Source of the DNA: an uncultured virus (IMG/VR IMGVR_UViG_3300045020_000075)
Lineage: Duplodnaviria > Heunggongvirae > Uroviricota > Caudoviricetes
DNA length: 20,000 bases
Strand: one strand, 5' to 3'
Virus record (IMG/VR): IMGVR_UViG_3300045020_000075
Every line of letters begins with the position of its first letter. The stretch's first letter is position 1. Made by a program: the position numbers and the translations under genes. Under the pieces are notes generated by a model that had not been told where the DNA came from, ran no database searches, and saw only the letters and a program-made list of their open reading frames with translations. Shown one piece after another: positions 8,418-16,228 of this stretch.

Positions 8418-10766
8418 GTGGTGTCCGGGCTGGACCCAGACCTTGTGCCATACCTCGCAGCCGAGCGCAAGAGGCTGCGAGAAGTGCCTGATAACTCAAG
8501 TATTCTGGAACATGCCAGGCATTACGCGGCGCGTGGATGGCCGATTTTCAGGCTCAACGGTTACAAGACACCACTCCGGGACACCCGCGGCCATCTCGAC
8601 GCCACCACGGACCCAGCCGTGATCGAACAGTGGTGGGGCGGCTGGAAGGGGCGGCGCCTCAACATCGGCCTTGTGTGCGGCGTGCCGGTGCCGGTCGCGC
8701 CCGGCGGGCTTGTTGTGCTCGACTGCGATGGCGCTGGCGGGCTCGTCCAGCTCCGCGCGATGGCCGAGGCGCATGGCGCGATCGAGCGGACGCTGCCTCT
8801 CACGCTCACGGCCAAATCCGCTCGCGGCTGGCACCTCTACTATGCGCGTCCGCTCGACGCCCCGCCGCTCGCGGTCCTGAACGGCAAGCGCGGCCGCAAA
8901 GGCGACGACGGCCTCGACATTAAAGCGGCAGGTTCCTACGTGGTCCTGCCGCCATCCATCAACGCCAAAAACGGGTTCCAATACGCCTGGATCAACCCGG
9001 TCGAGACGATCGCGACGTTGCCGGCGTGGCTGGTCGAGCACATCGCGACACGCGGCGGGCGAGAAGCTCCACGCACGAGCCTAGACCATGCCCCGCAGGC
9101 AGCGGCCACGTCTGCAGACCTCGGGTTATCAGACCGTCCCGCGTGGATGGCGGACGGGCCGGCGCTCAACGATGGCGCCATGCGGCTCGCACGCGCGATC
9201 GAGCTGCCATCCTTCCTCGCCGCGCTCAAGAAGCTCGATGCCGGCATGCCGGAAGAACAGTGGTGGGAGATCGGCGCCGGCATCCACGATTTCGATCCAG
9301 GTGCAGACGGGCTCGTTATTTTCAAGCGGTGGTCGCGAGAGTCGCCACGGCACCAAGCGGACGAGCATCAGGCGACGTGCGAGAAGGAGTGGTACAATTA
9401 TAAAAAGAATAAGCCGGGCAAGAGGTTGATAACAAAAGCTACAATCTATCATCGGGCGAAGCAAATTCCCGATCCTGTACCAGAGGAACCTGCGCCAAGT
9501 GTCGGATTATTCAACGGAACCGCTAATGGCGCGCACGTACTACCGCACGCCATCTCGGCAGCGCCGATCAAGACCCAAATCCGGTGGATCGACACCGACG
9601 AGGAAGGGAACCCGCGACCGACCTGCGCTAACGCCTCTTTAGCCGTTAGCGGTTTGAATGTATGGTGTTGCAAGGATTTGTTCCACGAAAAACTATTCGT
9701 TGGCGGCCATGCCATTGACAAGTGGGCGGGCGACCTCGGCGACGACGCGGTGCTGATGCTGCGGCGCTTGATCAAACGCCACTACTGGTTTGATCCAGGC
9801 GAGAAAAACACGCGCGATGCCGCGGTGCAGCTCTGTCTCGAAAACTCGTTCAATCCGGTAGTCGACTATCTGGCGCGCCTCACGTGGGACGGACGCGAGC
9901 GTATTGGGCGGTGGGTCGTCACCTACCTTGGGGTCCCAGAGACGCCGCTGGCGCGCGCGATCGGACGCCTCATGCTGGTGGCGGCCGTGCGCCGCGCGCG
10001 CCGGCCGGGCGTGAAATTCGACCAGATCATCGTCCTTGAAGGGCCGGAAGGCACCGGCAAGTCGTCGGCGCTGCGCATCCTCGCGGGCGACGACAATTTT
10101 AGCGACCAGGCGGTGCTCGGCGTCTCGGACAAAGAGCAGCAAGAGGCCATCATGGGGGTGTGGATACACGAGATCGCGGAACTGGCCGGCATGCGTCGCA
10201 CCGAGGTCGAGCGCATCAAGGCGTTCGCGTCGCGCACCGAGGATCGCGCCAGGCCCGCATACGGGCGTTTCCGGGTTGACGTGCGGCGCCGCGGCATCTT
10301 CGTCGCCACCACCAATGCGGATGCGTACCTGAAATCCGACACGGGCGATCGTCGGTTCTGGCCGCTCGCAACCACCACCATTGACTTGGAAGGAATCGAG
10401 CGCGACCGGGATCAGCTCTGGGCGGAAGCGGCTACGTGTGAGGCGCGAGGCGACTCGCTGGTGCTCGATCGCAAGCTATGGAGCGAGGCGCGCGAGGCGC
10501 AACGCGCAAGGCAAGAAGTTGACCCGTGGTATGATACGATCCGCGCGCACATTGAGACAAAGAAAGTAGAGGATACATCGATTTCCGAGGTTCTTGAAGG
10601 TATCCTGCGGATGGAGCCGCGCGAATATGGGCAAACCGAACAGAATAGAGCCGCGCGGGTCCTGCTACATCTTGGTTTTACGCGTTATAGGAAACGCGAT
10701 GGCGATGGCTTGAGTTGGCGCTATAAGCCCCGCGATGCGGGAACACAAGGAACAGTGGGAACGTAA
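8418..10766 (+). CDS. Primase-helicase: Prim-Pol + PriCT-2-like + VapE/VirE P-loop ATPase
   Basis: GWPIF...K-P, NIG, VVLDCD, GWHLYY, DIK...SYVVLPPS (Prim-Pol); WWEIGAGI...WS (PriCT-2); KFDQIIVLEGPEGTGKSS, WIHEIAEL, RPAYGR, TTN, DTGDRRFWP (VapE). True start may be GTG near 8484. Confidence 0.93.
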   Translation: MVSGLDPDLVPYLAAERKRLREVPDNSSILEHARHYAARGWPIFRLNGYKTPLRDTRGHLDATTDPAVIEQWWGGWKGRRLNIGLVCGVPVPVAPGGLVVLDCDGAGGLVQLRAMAEAHGAIERTLPLTLTAKSARGWHLYYARPLDAPPLAVLNGKRGRKGDDGLDIKAAGSYVVLPPSINAKNGFQYAWINPVETIATLPAWLVEHIATRGGREAPRTSLDHAPQAAATSADLGLSDRPAWMADGPALNDGAMRLARAIELPSFLAALKKLDAGMPEEQWWEIGAGIHDFDPGADGLVIFKRWSRESPRHQADEHQATCEKEWYNYKKNKPGKRLITKATIYHRAKQIPDPVPEEPAPSVGLFNGTANGAHVLPHAISAAPIKTQIRWIDTDEEGNPRPTCANASLAVSGLNVWCCKDLFHEKLFVGGHAIDKWAGDLGDDAVLMLRRLIKRHYWFDPGEKNTRDAAVQLCLENSFNPVVDYLARLTWDGRERIGRWVVTYLGVPETPLARAIGRLMLVAAVRRARRPGVKFDQIIVLEGPEGTGKSSALRILAGDDNFSDQAVLGVSDKEQQEAIMGVWIHEIAELAGMRRTEVERIKAFASRTEDRARPAYGRFRVDVRRRGIFVATTNADAYLKSDTGDRRFWPLATTTIDLEGIERDRDQLWAEAATCEARGDSLVLDRKLWSEAREAQRARQEVDPWYDTIRAHIETKKVEDTSISEVLEGILRMEPREYGQTEQNRAARVLLHLGFTRYRKRDGDGLSWRYKPRDAGTQGTVGT

Positions 10767-10919
10767 TTCACCAATGTTACCATGGTGGTGCCTACTGTTC
10801 CCACTGTTCCTAGAGCTTCCATAGCTTGTGGTAGACATGGTGTGACATTTAGTCACACCTACTCTGGGAGAGTCATAGGAATCCGGTGGAACAACGAGGA
10901 ACAAGGAACAACTGGGAAC
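10740..10919. repeat. GGAAC iteron cluster with a 15-bp inverted repeat, candidate replication origin
   Basis: GGAAC at 10740, 10749, 10758, 10888, 10898, 10905, 10915; GTTCC at 10797, 10806. aggaacagtgggaac (10748-10762) is the reverse complement of 10797-10811. Confidence 0.75.
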
Positions 10920-10941
10920 GGTGCCATCCGCGCGATAGGGC

Positions 10942-10972
10942 TTGACAACCCCATCCTGTAAAGAGTAATCTT
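10942..10972 (+). promoter_or_regulatory. Cassette promoter A (sigma70-like, with GTAAAGAGTA box)
   Basis: TTGACA-N10-GTAAAGAG-TAATCT; downstream RBS AGGGGTAAAGG before ATG 11017. Confidence 0.75.
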
Positions 10973-11016
10973 CCAACCGTGTCGCGCGTCGCGACCGCAA
11001 CAGAGGGGTAAAGGAC

Positions 11017-11220
11017 ATGACGCGAGATCGGGAGACCGTGCAGGACGTGTTTCGGAATAATGTGCTTCGCGCGTTGGATCAATCCGTCGATGAGTGTTTT
11101 GGTTCTGTCGGTCGGAACGATCGTGGTGCGGCGGATGTCGACTTGCCGCGACTTTTCGAGGCTTTGGATACACAAATCGATGTCGTGTGCAAACGTTTCA
11201 ACATCACACTGGTAGATTAG
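11017..11220 (+). CDS. Hypothetical small protein (67 aa)
   Basis: Behind promoter A and its RBS. Confidence 0.7.
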   Translation: MTRDRETVQDVFRNNVLRALDQSVDECFGSVGRNDRGAADVDLPRLFEALDTQIDVVCKRFNITLVD

Positions 11221-11222
11221 CC

Positions 11223-11420
11223 ATGATCGAGTACCGCGTGCGACGCGCCAAGCCCGTCAACGGTCTTCCGAGCTGGCATGGCCTCTATCGCCTAGATGCG
11301 CGCGGCGCTTGGATCACGGCCAAGAGCCAGTACGGCGCGATCGAGTATATGAGCGCCGACCACGCGCTGGCGGGCGCGATGTTCTGTGCGCTCGTGGCGC
11401 GATCGGGCTTGACACGCTAA
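11223..11420 (+). CDS. Hypothetical small protein (65 aa, MIEYRVRR...)
   Basis: ATG 2 nt after the previous stop; ends inside promoter B. Confidence 0.65.
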   Translation: MIEYRVRRAKPVNGLPSWHGLYRLDARGAWITAKSQYGAIEYMSADHALAGAMFCALVARSGLTR

Positions 11421-11437
11421 CCAGTAGAGAGTACAAA
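11409..11437 (+). promoter_or_regulatory. Cassette promoter B
   Basis: TTGACA-N9-GTAGAGAG-TACAAA (17-nt spacer); RBS AAGGGGTAAGG before ATG 11487. Confidence 0.78.
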
Positions 11438-11486
11438 CAATCCGACCCGCCCACAACGGGCGTGGCGAACCGAAGGGGTAAGGACG

Positions 11487-11678
11487 ATGACAAAGCGCAG
11501 GCTGACGTGTTGCGTGTGTGTCGCCGATGCGGGTCGCTGGCAACAACACTGGAATCGCGACACGGGTTATGGCGTGTGTGCGAAATGCGTCGAGTGGGTT
11601 CGGTCGCGCGGCGAGACCGAGCAAGAGATTGCGAGCAACTACGGCAAAGAGGGCGTGAATTGGGGGGCGCAGTCATGA
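11487..11678 (+). CDS. Small zinc-binding protein (CCVC...CAKC)
   Basis: Two CxxC pairs flanking WNRDTGYG; strong RBS. Confidence 0.78.
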   Translation: MTKRRLTCCVCVADAGRWQQHWNRDTGYGVCAKCVEWVRSRGETEQEIASNYGKEGVNWGAQS

Positions 11679-12007
11679 TCGCGTACAGCAACCCGCGCCT
11701 CAACGCGATAATCGACAACTGGCCGCATGGCGCACAGCGCGTAACGGCTATTTTTTCGATCGAACGCGATCCCCGGCGCGGCGAGCGCGCGACGCGCACT
11801 ACGACGGGCGCAACCAAGAAACTCACGTTCGCGCGCAAAATGCGGATTGTCGACGGCGACGACGGGCGCACGTACATCGCGGCGTTGACCGGCTACGGAC
11901 ATATCACGATCCACCGTGGCGATATGAAATTCCATCACGAGACGGTTTTCGAGCGCGAAGCGCGTTACCCTGAATTGCTCGCGCTTTTCGAGCTGGTGGA
12001 GGGTTGA
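11675..12007 (+). CDS. Hypothetical protein (110 aa, MIAYSNPRL...)
   Basis: ATGA overlap with the upstream gene; globular-looking sequence. Confidence 0.75.
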   Translation: MIAYSNPRLNAIIDNWPHGAQRVTAIFSIERDPRRGERATRTTTGATKKLTFARKMRIVDGDDGRTYIAALTGYGHITIHRGDMKFHHETVFEREARYPELLALFELVEG

Positions 12008-12010
12008 GTC

Positions 12011-12214
12011 ATGCGCAGCCATCCGGTTTTCGTTCTTGAGGTCTATTTTTCGGAGATGAAGAAAATTCCGAAAGATAAGCTGATGGACATGGTGTGGGAC
12101 ATGGCGAAACAGCTCACGCCACCCGATGACGACGGACATGCGGCGCCCGATTCGGATGTGATCGGTATCGTGCGCCACACGTTGACGGTCGTGAAGGTGT
12201 ACCGCCAAGAGTGA
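12011..12214 (+). CDS. Hypothetical small protein (67 aa)
   Basis: GGAGG RBS; followed by a terminator-like hairpin. Confidence 0.7.
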   Translation: MRSHPVFVLEVYFSEMKKIPKDKLMDMVWDMAKQLTPPDDDGHAAPDSDVIGIVRHTLTVVKVYRQE

Positions 12215-12228
12215 TTTACCCCCAACTA

Positions 12229-12257
12229 GACCCGTCGCAAATGGCGGGTCACTTTTT
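12229..12257 (+). terminator. Probable intrinsic terminator
   Basis: gacccgtc-gcaaat-ggcgggtc stem followed by acttttt. Confidence 0.6.
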
Positions 12258-12269
12258 CGGGAGAGGGAA

Positions 12270-12500
12270 ATGCAGGACCAACTTTCGGCGCGCGATCTGG
12301 CGAAGTACGGCTTGCGGCGTGGCGCCTACGATGGCGCGAATAAACGTCGGTTCGTGTTGTTTTGTGCAAGCCGGTTCGGAACCGGGATCGAGGAACGGCG
12401 CGAGTATGACACAAAGCGCGAGCGTGACGCGGCGGCAATTGCCGAGCTCGAAAGTCGGAAGCGATTTTCGATGCGCCTTGCCGACACGTCCGCCACCTAG
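12270..12500 (+). CDS. Hypothetical small protein (76 aa)
   Basis: RBS GGGAGAGGG; stop lies 4 nt before promoter C. Confidence 0.7.
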   Translation: MQDQLSARDLAKYGLRRGAYDGANKRRFVLFCASRFGTGIEERREYDTKRERDAAAIAELESRKRFSMRLADTSAT

Positions 12501-12504
12501 GCGC

Positions 12505-12533
12505 TTGACAACCCGCTCCGTAGGGAGTACATA
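12505..12533 (+). promoter_or_regulatory. Cassette promoter C
   Basis: TTGACA-N9-GTAGGGAG-TACATA; RBS AAGGGGTAAG before ATG 12575. Confidence 0.78.
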
Positions 12534-12574
12534 GGACACAACGGCAATCGGGCTGGGTCAGAAGGGGTAAGCAA

Positions 12575-12856
12575 ATGACAAACCTTGAAGGCATGACGCA
12601 AGCGAGGTGGGATAAACTCACGCTTGCCGAGAAAGTGCTCGCGCGCGACAATTCCGACCTCTCACCACAACTTATCGGCTTGGAAGGATGGCGCGTGGAA
12701 GTGTGCGACGAGGCTGGCAATTTCCGGCGCTTCATTGTCGGCAAGTCGACCGGCTGGCGTCCGTGTCACCTGGAAGTGAAGACAAAGCGCAGTCTAGGTG
12801 GTGACTGTGCCTGCAAGTCCTATCGGTCCGTGTATCGTATCGAACGGGTGCGTTGA
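12575..12856 (+). CDS. Hypothetical protein (93 aa, ...RRFIVGKSTGWRPCHLE...)
   Basis: Behind promoter C and its RBS; beta-rich, globular-looking sequence. Confidence 0.78.
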   Translation: MTNLEGMTQARWDKLTLAEKVLARDNSDLSPQLIGLEGWRVEVCDEAGNFRRFIVGKSTGWRPCHLEVKTKRSLGGDCACKSYRSVYRIERVR

Positions 12857-12896
12857 AATTTCGTTGTGGATAACTCTAACCGGAAGGGGGAAGACC

Positions 12897-13094
12897 GTGG
12901 GCGAATTGAAAATCACACGCGGGCTTGCGGAAACGCGGTGTCGCAAGCGATGGAAAGAGCAAGCGGATCAGTATCCGATAATGGCAAACGAATTGTCGTG
13001 TGCCAAGTATGTCGCGGCGAATTGGCGCCACGTCGCGGAAAACGACTTGCTGGCGAGCTATGATCGATTGCCGAATTATCATCCTGCCGAGTGA
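12897..13094 (+). CDS. Hypothetical small protein (65 aa)
   Basis: RBS GGAAGGGGGAAG (variant of the cassette RBS) before GTG; stop falls within direct repeat copy 1. Confidence 0.65.
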   Translation: MGELKITRGLAETRCRKRWKEQADQYPIMANELSCAKYVAANWRHVAENDLLASYDRLPNYHPAE

Positions 13095-13144
13095 TTCGCG
13101 CCGTGCGCTATGCGGAAGGCCGGCTTAGTTGCCGGCCTCTTTTT
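13090..13144 (+). repeat. 55-bp direct repeat copy 1, containing a stop codon and intrinsic terminator
   Basis: 51/55 identical to 13426-13480; aggccggc-ttagtt-gccggcct stem followed by a T-tract. Confidence 0.92.
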
Positions 13145-13148
13145 GTTG

Positions 13149-13177
13149 TTGACACGGGTAGTGGTAGGGAGTACAAA
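13149..13177 (+). promoter_or_regulatory. Cassette promoter D
   Basis: TTGACA-N9-GTAGGGAG-TACAAA; RBS AGGGGTAAGG before ATG 13212. Confidence 0.78.
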
Positions 13178-13211
13178 GAGGGAGGTGGAACGCAAACATA
13201 GGGGTAAGGCG

Positions 13212-13430
13212 ATGTTCGACGCAGATATTCGACGTAATTGGGGATGGTATGCTGGGACGCGAGCGCGTGCTACGGCGCGCCATGAACCATGGGTGAAGTG
13301 CAACCAATCGTCCGGCCATCCGTGCGATAAGCCTTACGGCGAAGGCTACTGGGCCGCCTACTGGGGTTCGGAGTCGCCGTCCAAATACGATCCACATACC
13401 GGTTTGCGGGTGAAGCGCGCTGGCAAGTGA
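13212..13430 (+). CDS. Hypothetical small protein (72 aa, W/Y/G-rich)
   Basis: Has its own promoter, RBS and terminator; lies between the direct repeats. Confidence 0.75.
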   Translation: MFDADIRRNWGWYAGTRARATARHEPWVKCNQSSGHPCDKPYGEGYWAAYWGSESPSKYDPHTGLRVKRAGK

Positions 13431-13480
13431 TTCGCGCCGTGCGCTATGTGTGAGGCCGGCTTAGTCGCCGGCCTCTTTTT
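13426..13480 (+). repeat. 55-bp direct repeat copy 2 / terminator at the convergence point
   Basis: gaggccggc-ttagtc-gccggcctc followed by T7; also encodes the end of the convergent minus-strand gene. Confidence 0.92.
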
Positions 13481-13826
13481 TTATGAGTGCAAGCGCGTGC
13501 TGCAGCTCGGCAATGCGGCGTTCGATCGCGGAGGCCAAGAGCTGCCATGCCCATTGGGGGACGCGCCTGCGACCGCGGCACCAATCTTTGAGGGTGTGAA
13601 CGCTGGCGCGGTTGCCTATCAGCTCGGCAAGGCCGCGCACCGCGCCTGGATAGCCGTAGACCGTCCATGGAAAGAGCGCGTCGCGTGCTCGACCGTATGG
13701 ACTCTGCCGCTTTGGGATTTGCCGAGGTGCCGCTCGCCGGTTGGCAGTCCAAAGGTGCTTCCCACGTCCGTCTGCTCGCTTGCGTGCGGGTTCGGGCTGT
13801 GTGGCGGTCTGCATCGGGATGCGCAC
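13461..13826 (-). CDS. Putative HTH DNA-binding protein
   Basis: VRGLAELIG..ASVHTLKDWCRGRRRVP HTH-like pattern plus a C-terminal coiled-coil; start uncertain. Confidence 0.65.
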   Translation of the reverse strand: MRIPMQTATQPEPARKRADGRGKHLWTANRRAAPRQIPKRQSPYGRARDALFPWTVYGYPGAVRGLAELIGNRASVHTLKDWCRGRRRVPQWAWQLLASAIERRIAELQHALALIKKEAGD

Positions 13827-14213
13827 CTACGGCCTCCGCAGGCCCGGCGCGAGGCCATCAGCGCGACGAGCTCGGCACCAGGCGCCAACCGTCAGCGGCC
13901 TCGCTCCGAACACTGTTGCCCAAATGTCGCTATCGGCGTTGTAATGCTGTGAGCGTATCGAGTAATTTCAATTACTTAGCTAGGACGCGACACCCGAATA
14001 CCAGCACGCGGGGTCGGCCGGGCGCCGAGCACGTAGGTATTATCAAATGTGTGTGATTAACGACCTATGATGTCATCGCCGTTACTTACCTCTACATAAC
14101 TACCTATATGCACGCACAATTGAATTGTGTGCAATACGAATGGGTCCTAGGATAGATGATTTTCGGGCACCCCAACCTATACGCCCCCCGGAAAAATTCT
14201 AGAAAAAGTTGTG

Positions 14214-14241
14214 TTGACAACGTAGTTATAAACACTACAAT
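14214..14241 (+). promoter_or_regulatory. sigma70-like promoter with an overlapping GTAGT-N7-ACTAC palindrome
   Basis: TTGACA (14214)-16 nt-TACAAT (14236); palindrome at 14222-14238. Confidence 0.75.
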
Positions 14242-14265
14242 GCTCGGCGCACGGAGCCACCCGCC

Positions 14266-14520
14266 ATGCCCACGACCATCCTCGACATCGCCCGCCGCAT
14301 CGCGTACTTCTTCGCCGAGCGCGGCGTCACCGCCACCCCGCCTCGCGTCACGCTGACGTTCGCCGATGACCGGATCGCGTACCACGCCTTGTTCGCGATC
14401 AAGCAAGAGTTCGAGACCTTGCAGATGTATCCGGCCGAGGGTCTTACGCTTCAAGAGGGCGAGTTCAAAATTCATGGCGTTGTGTTCAAGATTGAACCGC
14501 TGGAGGGAGACTATAAATGA
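14266..14520 (+). CDS. Hypothetical protein (84 aa)
   Basis: First gene after the promoter; GGAG RBS; ATGA-coupled chain follows. Confidence 0.7.
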   Translation: MPTTILDIARRIAYFFAERGVTATPPRVTLTFADDRIAYHALFAIKQEFETLQMYPAEGLTLQEGEFKIHGVVFKIEPLEGDYK

Positions 14521-14714
14521 CCAAAAACGAGCCGCTGCTGCCGGTTATCACTGAGATGAAATATGGTTCGCCGGTCATCCAAATGGTCTTCACGTATCCA
14601 GGAAGCTGGAAGAAGAACGCTAAGCTCATCAGCGATTGGCTCGCGCTTGGTTGGACCCTGATTGCTTGCAACGAAGACAAATTGTATTTTCAAGACAAGC
14701 GAGACCCCAAATGA
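14517..14714 (+). CDS. Hypothetical protein (65 aa)
   Basis: GGAGGGAG RBS, ATGA overlap, lower GC than its neighbours. Confidence 0.7.
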   Translation: MTKNEPLLPVITEMKYGSPVIQMVFTYPGSWKKNAKLISDWLALGWTLIACNEDKLYFQDKRDPK

Positions 14715-14872
14715 CCCGAGATGAAGCCAAGGCGCTGCGCGCCGAGCGCGATGCGCTTAAGATTGCCCTGGAAAGGGTTCAAGCCTTGGTGGCACGTCGC
14801 ACCAAACTGCCAAAGCACGGCCGGTCCATCATCGCGCGGATTTGCAGAGAGCAACTGGGAGACCCCCGATGA
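14711..14872 (+). CDS. Hypothetical protein (53 aa, MTRDEAKAL...)
   Basis: ATGA overlaps at both ends. Confidence 0.65.
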   Translation: MTRDEAKALRAERDALKIALERVQALVARRTKLPKHGRSIIARICREQLGDPR

Positions 14873-15084
14873 CCCGAGATGAAGCCATCGAGAAAGCGCG
14901 TCGCGCACAGCAGCGCCGTATGAATAGTGTAAGGGTTTCGGCGATCGATTGTTTGACGACCGCATACATTCCGGTCAGTAACCGCGCGTATATTGGCGGC
15001 AAGGTGCTTGTTGGGTCAGATGGCGCCGCCGAGATCATCGACATTCTGACCAAGAGCGGCTTCCGCATCACGAGGGACCGATGA
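14869..15084 (+). CDS. Hypothetical protein (71 aa, MTRDEAIEK...)
   Basis: ATGA overlaps; shares a 29-bp junction sequence with the previous gene. Confidence 0.65.
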   Translation: MTRDEAIEKARRAQQRRMNSVRVSAIDCLTTAYIPVSNRAYIGGKVLVGSDGAAEIIDILTKSGFRITRDR

Positions 15085-15278
15085 CCCGCCCCCAGCTCAC
15101 ACAGGCGCTCGACGACGCGTTCCGGGCTCGCGTCGGCCTCTTGTTCGCGACCCTGTGCGACAACCTCGGCATGACCGGCACGCCGCCCGACGCCGCGCAT
15201 GCCCGTTTCCTCAACGGCCTCAACGTCGCGATCCGCGCCCACGCGTTCGCGACTGCCAGTTTGCCGGACCCGTCGTGA
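15081..15278 (+). CDS. Hypothetical protein (65 aa)
   Basis: ATGA overlap; high-GC3 codon pattern. Confidence 0.65.
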   Translation: MTRPQLTQALDDAFRARVGLLFATLCDNLGMTGTPPDAAHARFLNGLNVAIRAHAFATASLPDPS

Positions 15279-15472
15279 CTCGCCCGCCGCACCCCTCCTG
15301 GGCGTCCCGCCCCATGAACGACACCGAGCGGCGCTGCTACGCCACGATCGAGGCCTACCTCAACCGCCTCGCGATCCGGGCTCACGCACGCTGGAAGGAC
15401 GAGACCACCCAGGCTCAGCAGTGGGAAGACGACGGTGGAGCGCCCCGTGGACCCCCTTCGCCCGCACGGTGA
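15275..15472 (+). CDS. Hypothetical protein with a WEDDGG motif
   Basis: GTGA overlap with the previous stop; C-terminal QQWEDDGGA. Confidence 0.6.
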   Translation: MTRPPHPSWASRPMNDTERRCYATIEAYLNRLAIRAHARWKDETTQAQQWEDDGGAPRGPPSPAR

Positions 15473-15548
15473 CGTGGCGCTCGCCGCGATCTTCCTCGCC
15501 CTCGTGGCCTACGCGATCTGGCGCTTGTGGCGTGCCCCGCCGCCGTGA
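15447..15548 (+). CDS. 33-aa single-TM microprotein
   Basis: Manual translation after GGAG: MDPLRPHGDVALAAIFLALVAYAIWRLWRAPPP. Confidence 0.55.
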   Translation: MDPLRPHGDVALAAIFLALVAYAIWRLWRAPPP

Positions 15549-15581
15549 TAGCCTCGTGTCCCGTGAGGGGCTCGGGGCCGC

Positions 15582-16226
15582 ATGGCAAGCCGAAACGCTG
15601 AGGAAACCGATACCGCAGAACCGGCGGGCTCGCCCGGCATCGGCGTCGATGCCCGCGGCGGCGGCGTCATTGATCCGACCAAGAACGTCCTCGATCTCGT
15701 GCGGGCCGAGAGCAAGTACCAGGACTTCGCGCGTGACTCGCTCAAGGAGTTGATGATCGCGACCGTCTCGGGCTTGCGCGAGCAGCTCAAGACTCTGGCG
15801 GACGGGATCGTGCAGTACCAGGACGGTCAGCGCGACAGCGAGACGCGGCGCATCGATCAGCTCGCGCAGACCCGGCAGGAGTTCCAGAACACGATCCGCG
15901 ACATGCTCGCCGAGTCGGTGCGGACCACTTCGACCCTGGTGTCGACGCAACTCGTGCAGATTCAAGCGACCTTCGATACTCGCGTGTCCAAGCTCGAAGC
16001 TGGCGCTTTCACGCAGGCCGGCAAGCAGAGCGTCGCGGACCCGGCGTTGTCGGACGCGCTAGCCCGCATGGCCGCCACGCTCGCGGCCCTGCAGGCGAGC
16101 GGCAGCCGCATGGGCGGTCACGAGGAAGGCAAGCAGGACACGACGGCGCGGCTTTGGGCGGTCATTCTGGGGTTGGCCGCCATCGCGTCGCCGGTCATTG
16201 CGGTGCTGGCGCTTCGGGGGCACTGA
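15582..16226 (+). CDS. Coiled-coil protein with a C-terminal membrane anchor
   Basis: Long helical Q/E/L/R-rich body, then LWAVILGLAAIASPVIAVLAL. Confidence 0.8.
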   Translation: MASRNAEETDTAEPAGSPGIGVDARGGGVIDPTKNVLDLVRAESKYQDFARDSLKELMIATVSGLREQLKTLADGIVQYQDGQRDSETRRIDQLAQTRQEFQNTIRDMLAESVRTTSTLVSTQLVQIQATFDTRVSKLEAGAFTQAGKQSVADPALSDALARMAATLAALQASGSRMGGHEEGKQDTTARLWAVILGLAAIASPVIAVLALRGH

Positions 16227-16228
16227 CG

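Noticed and set aside
10940..13480. Cassette array read as a CRISPR array or integron
   Set aside because: The repeats are degenerate promoter/RBS motifs at irregular spacing of several hundred bp to over 1 kb. I see no attC-like structures, integrase or cas operon.
13446..14056. Plus-strand ORFs 13446-13952 and 13667-14056
   Set aside because: The first starts inside the terminator repeat; both overlap the better minus-strand HTH gene and lack recognisable features.
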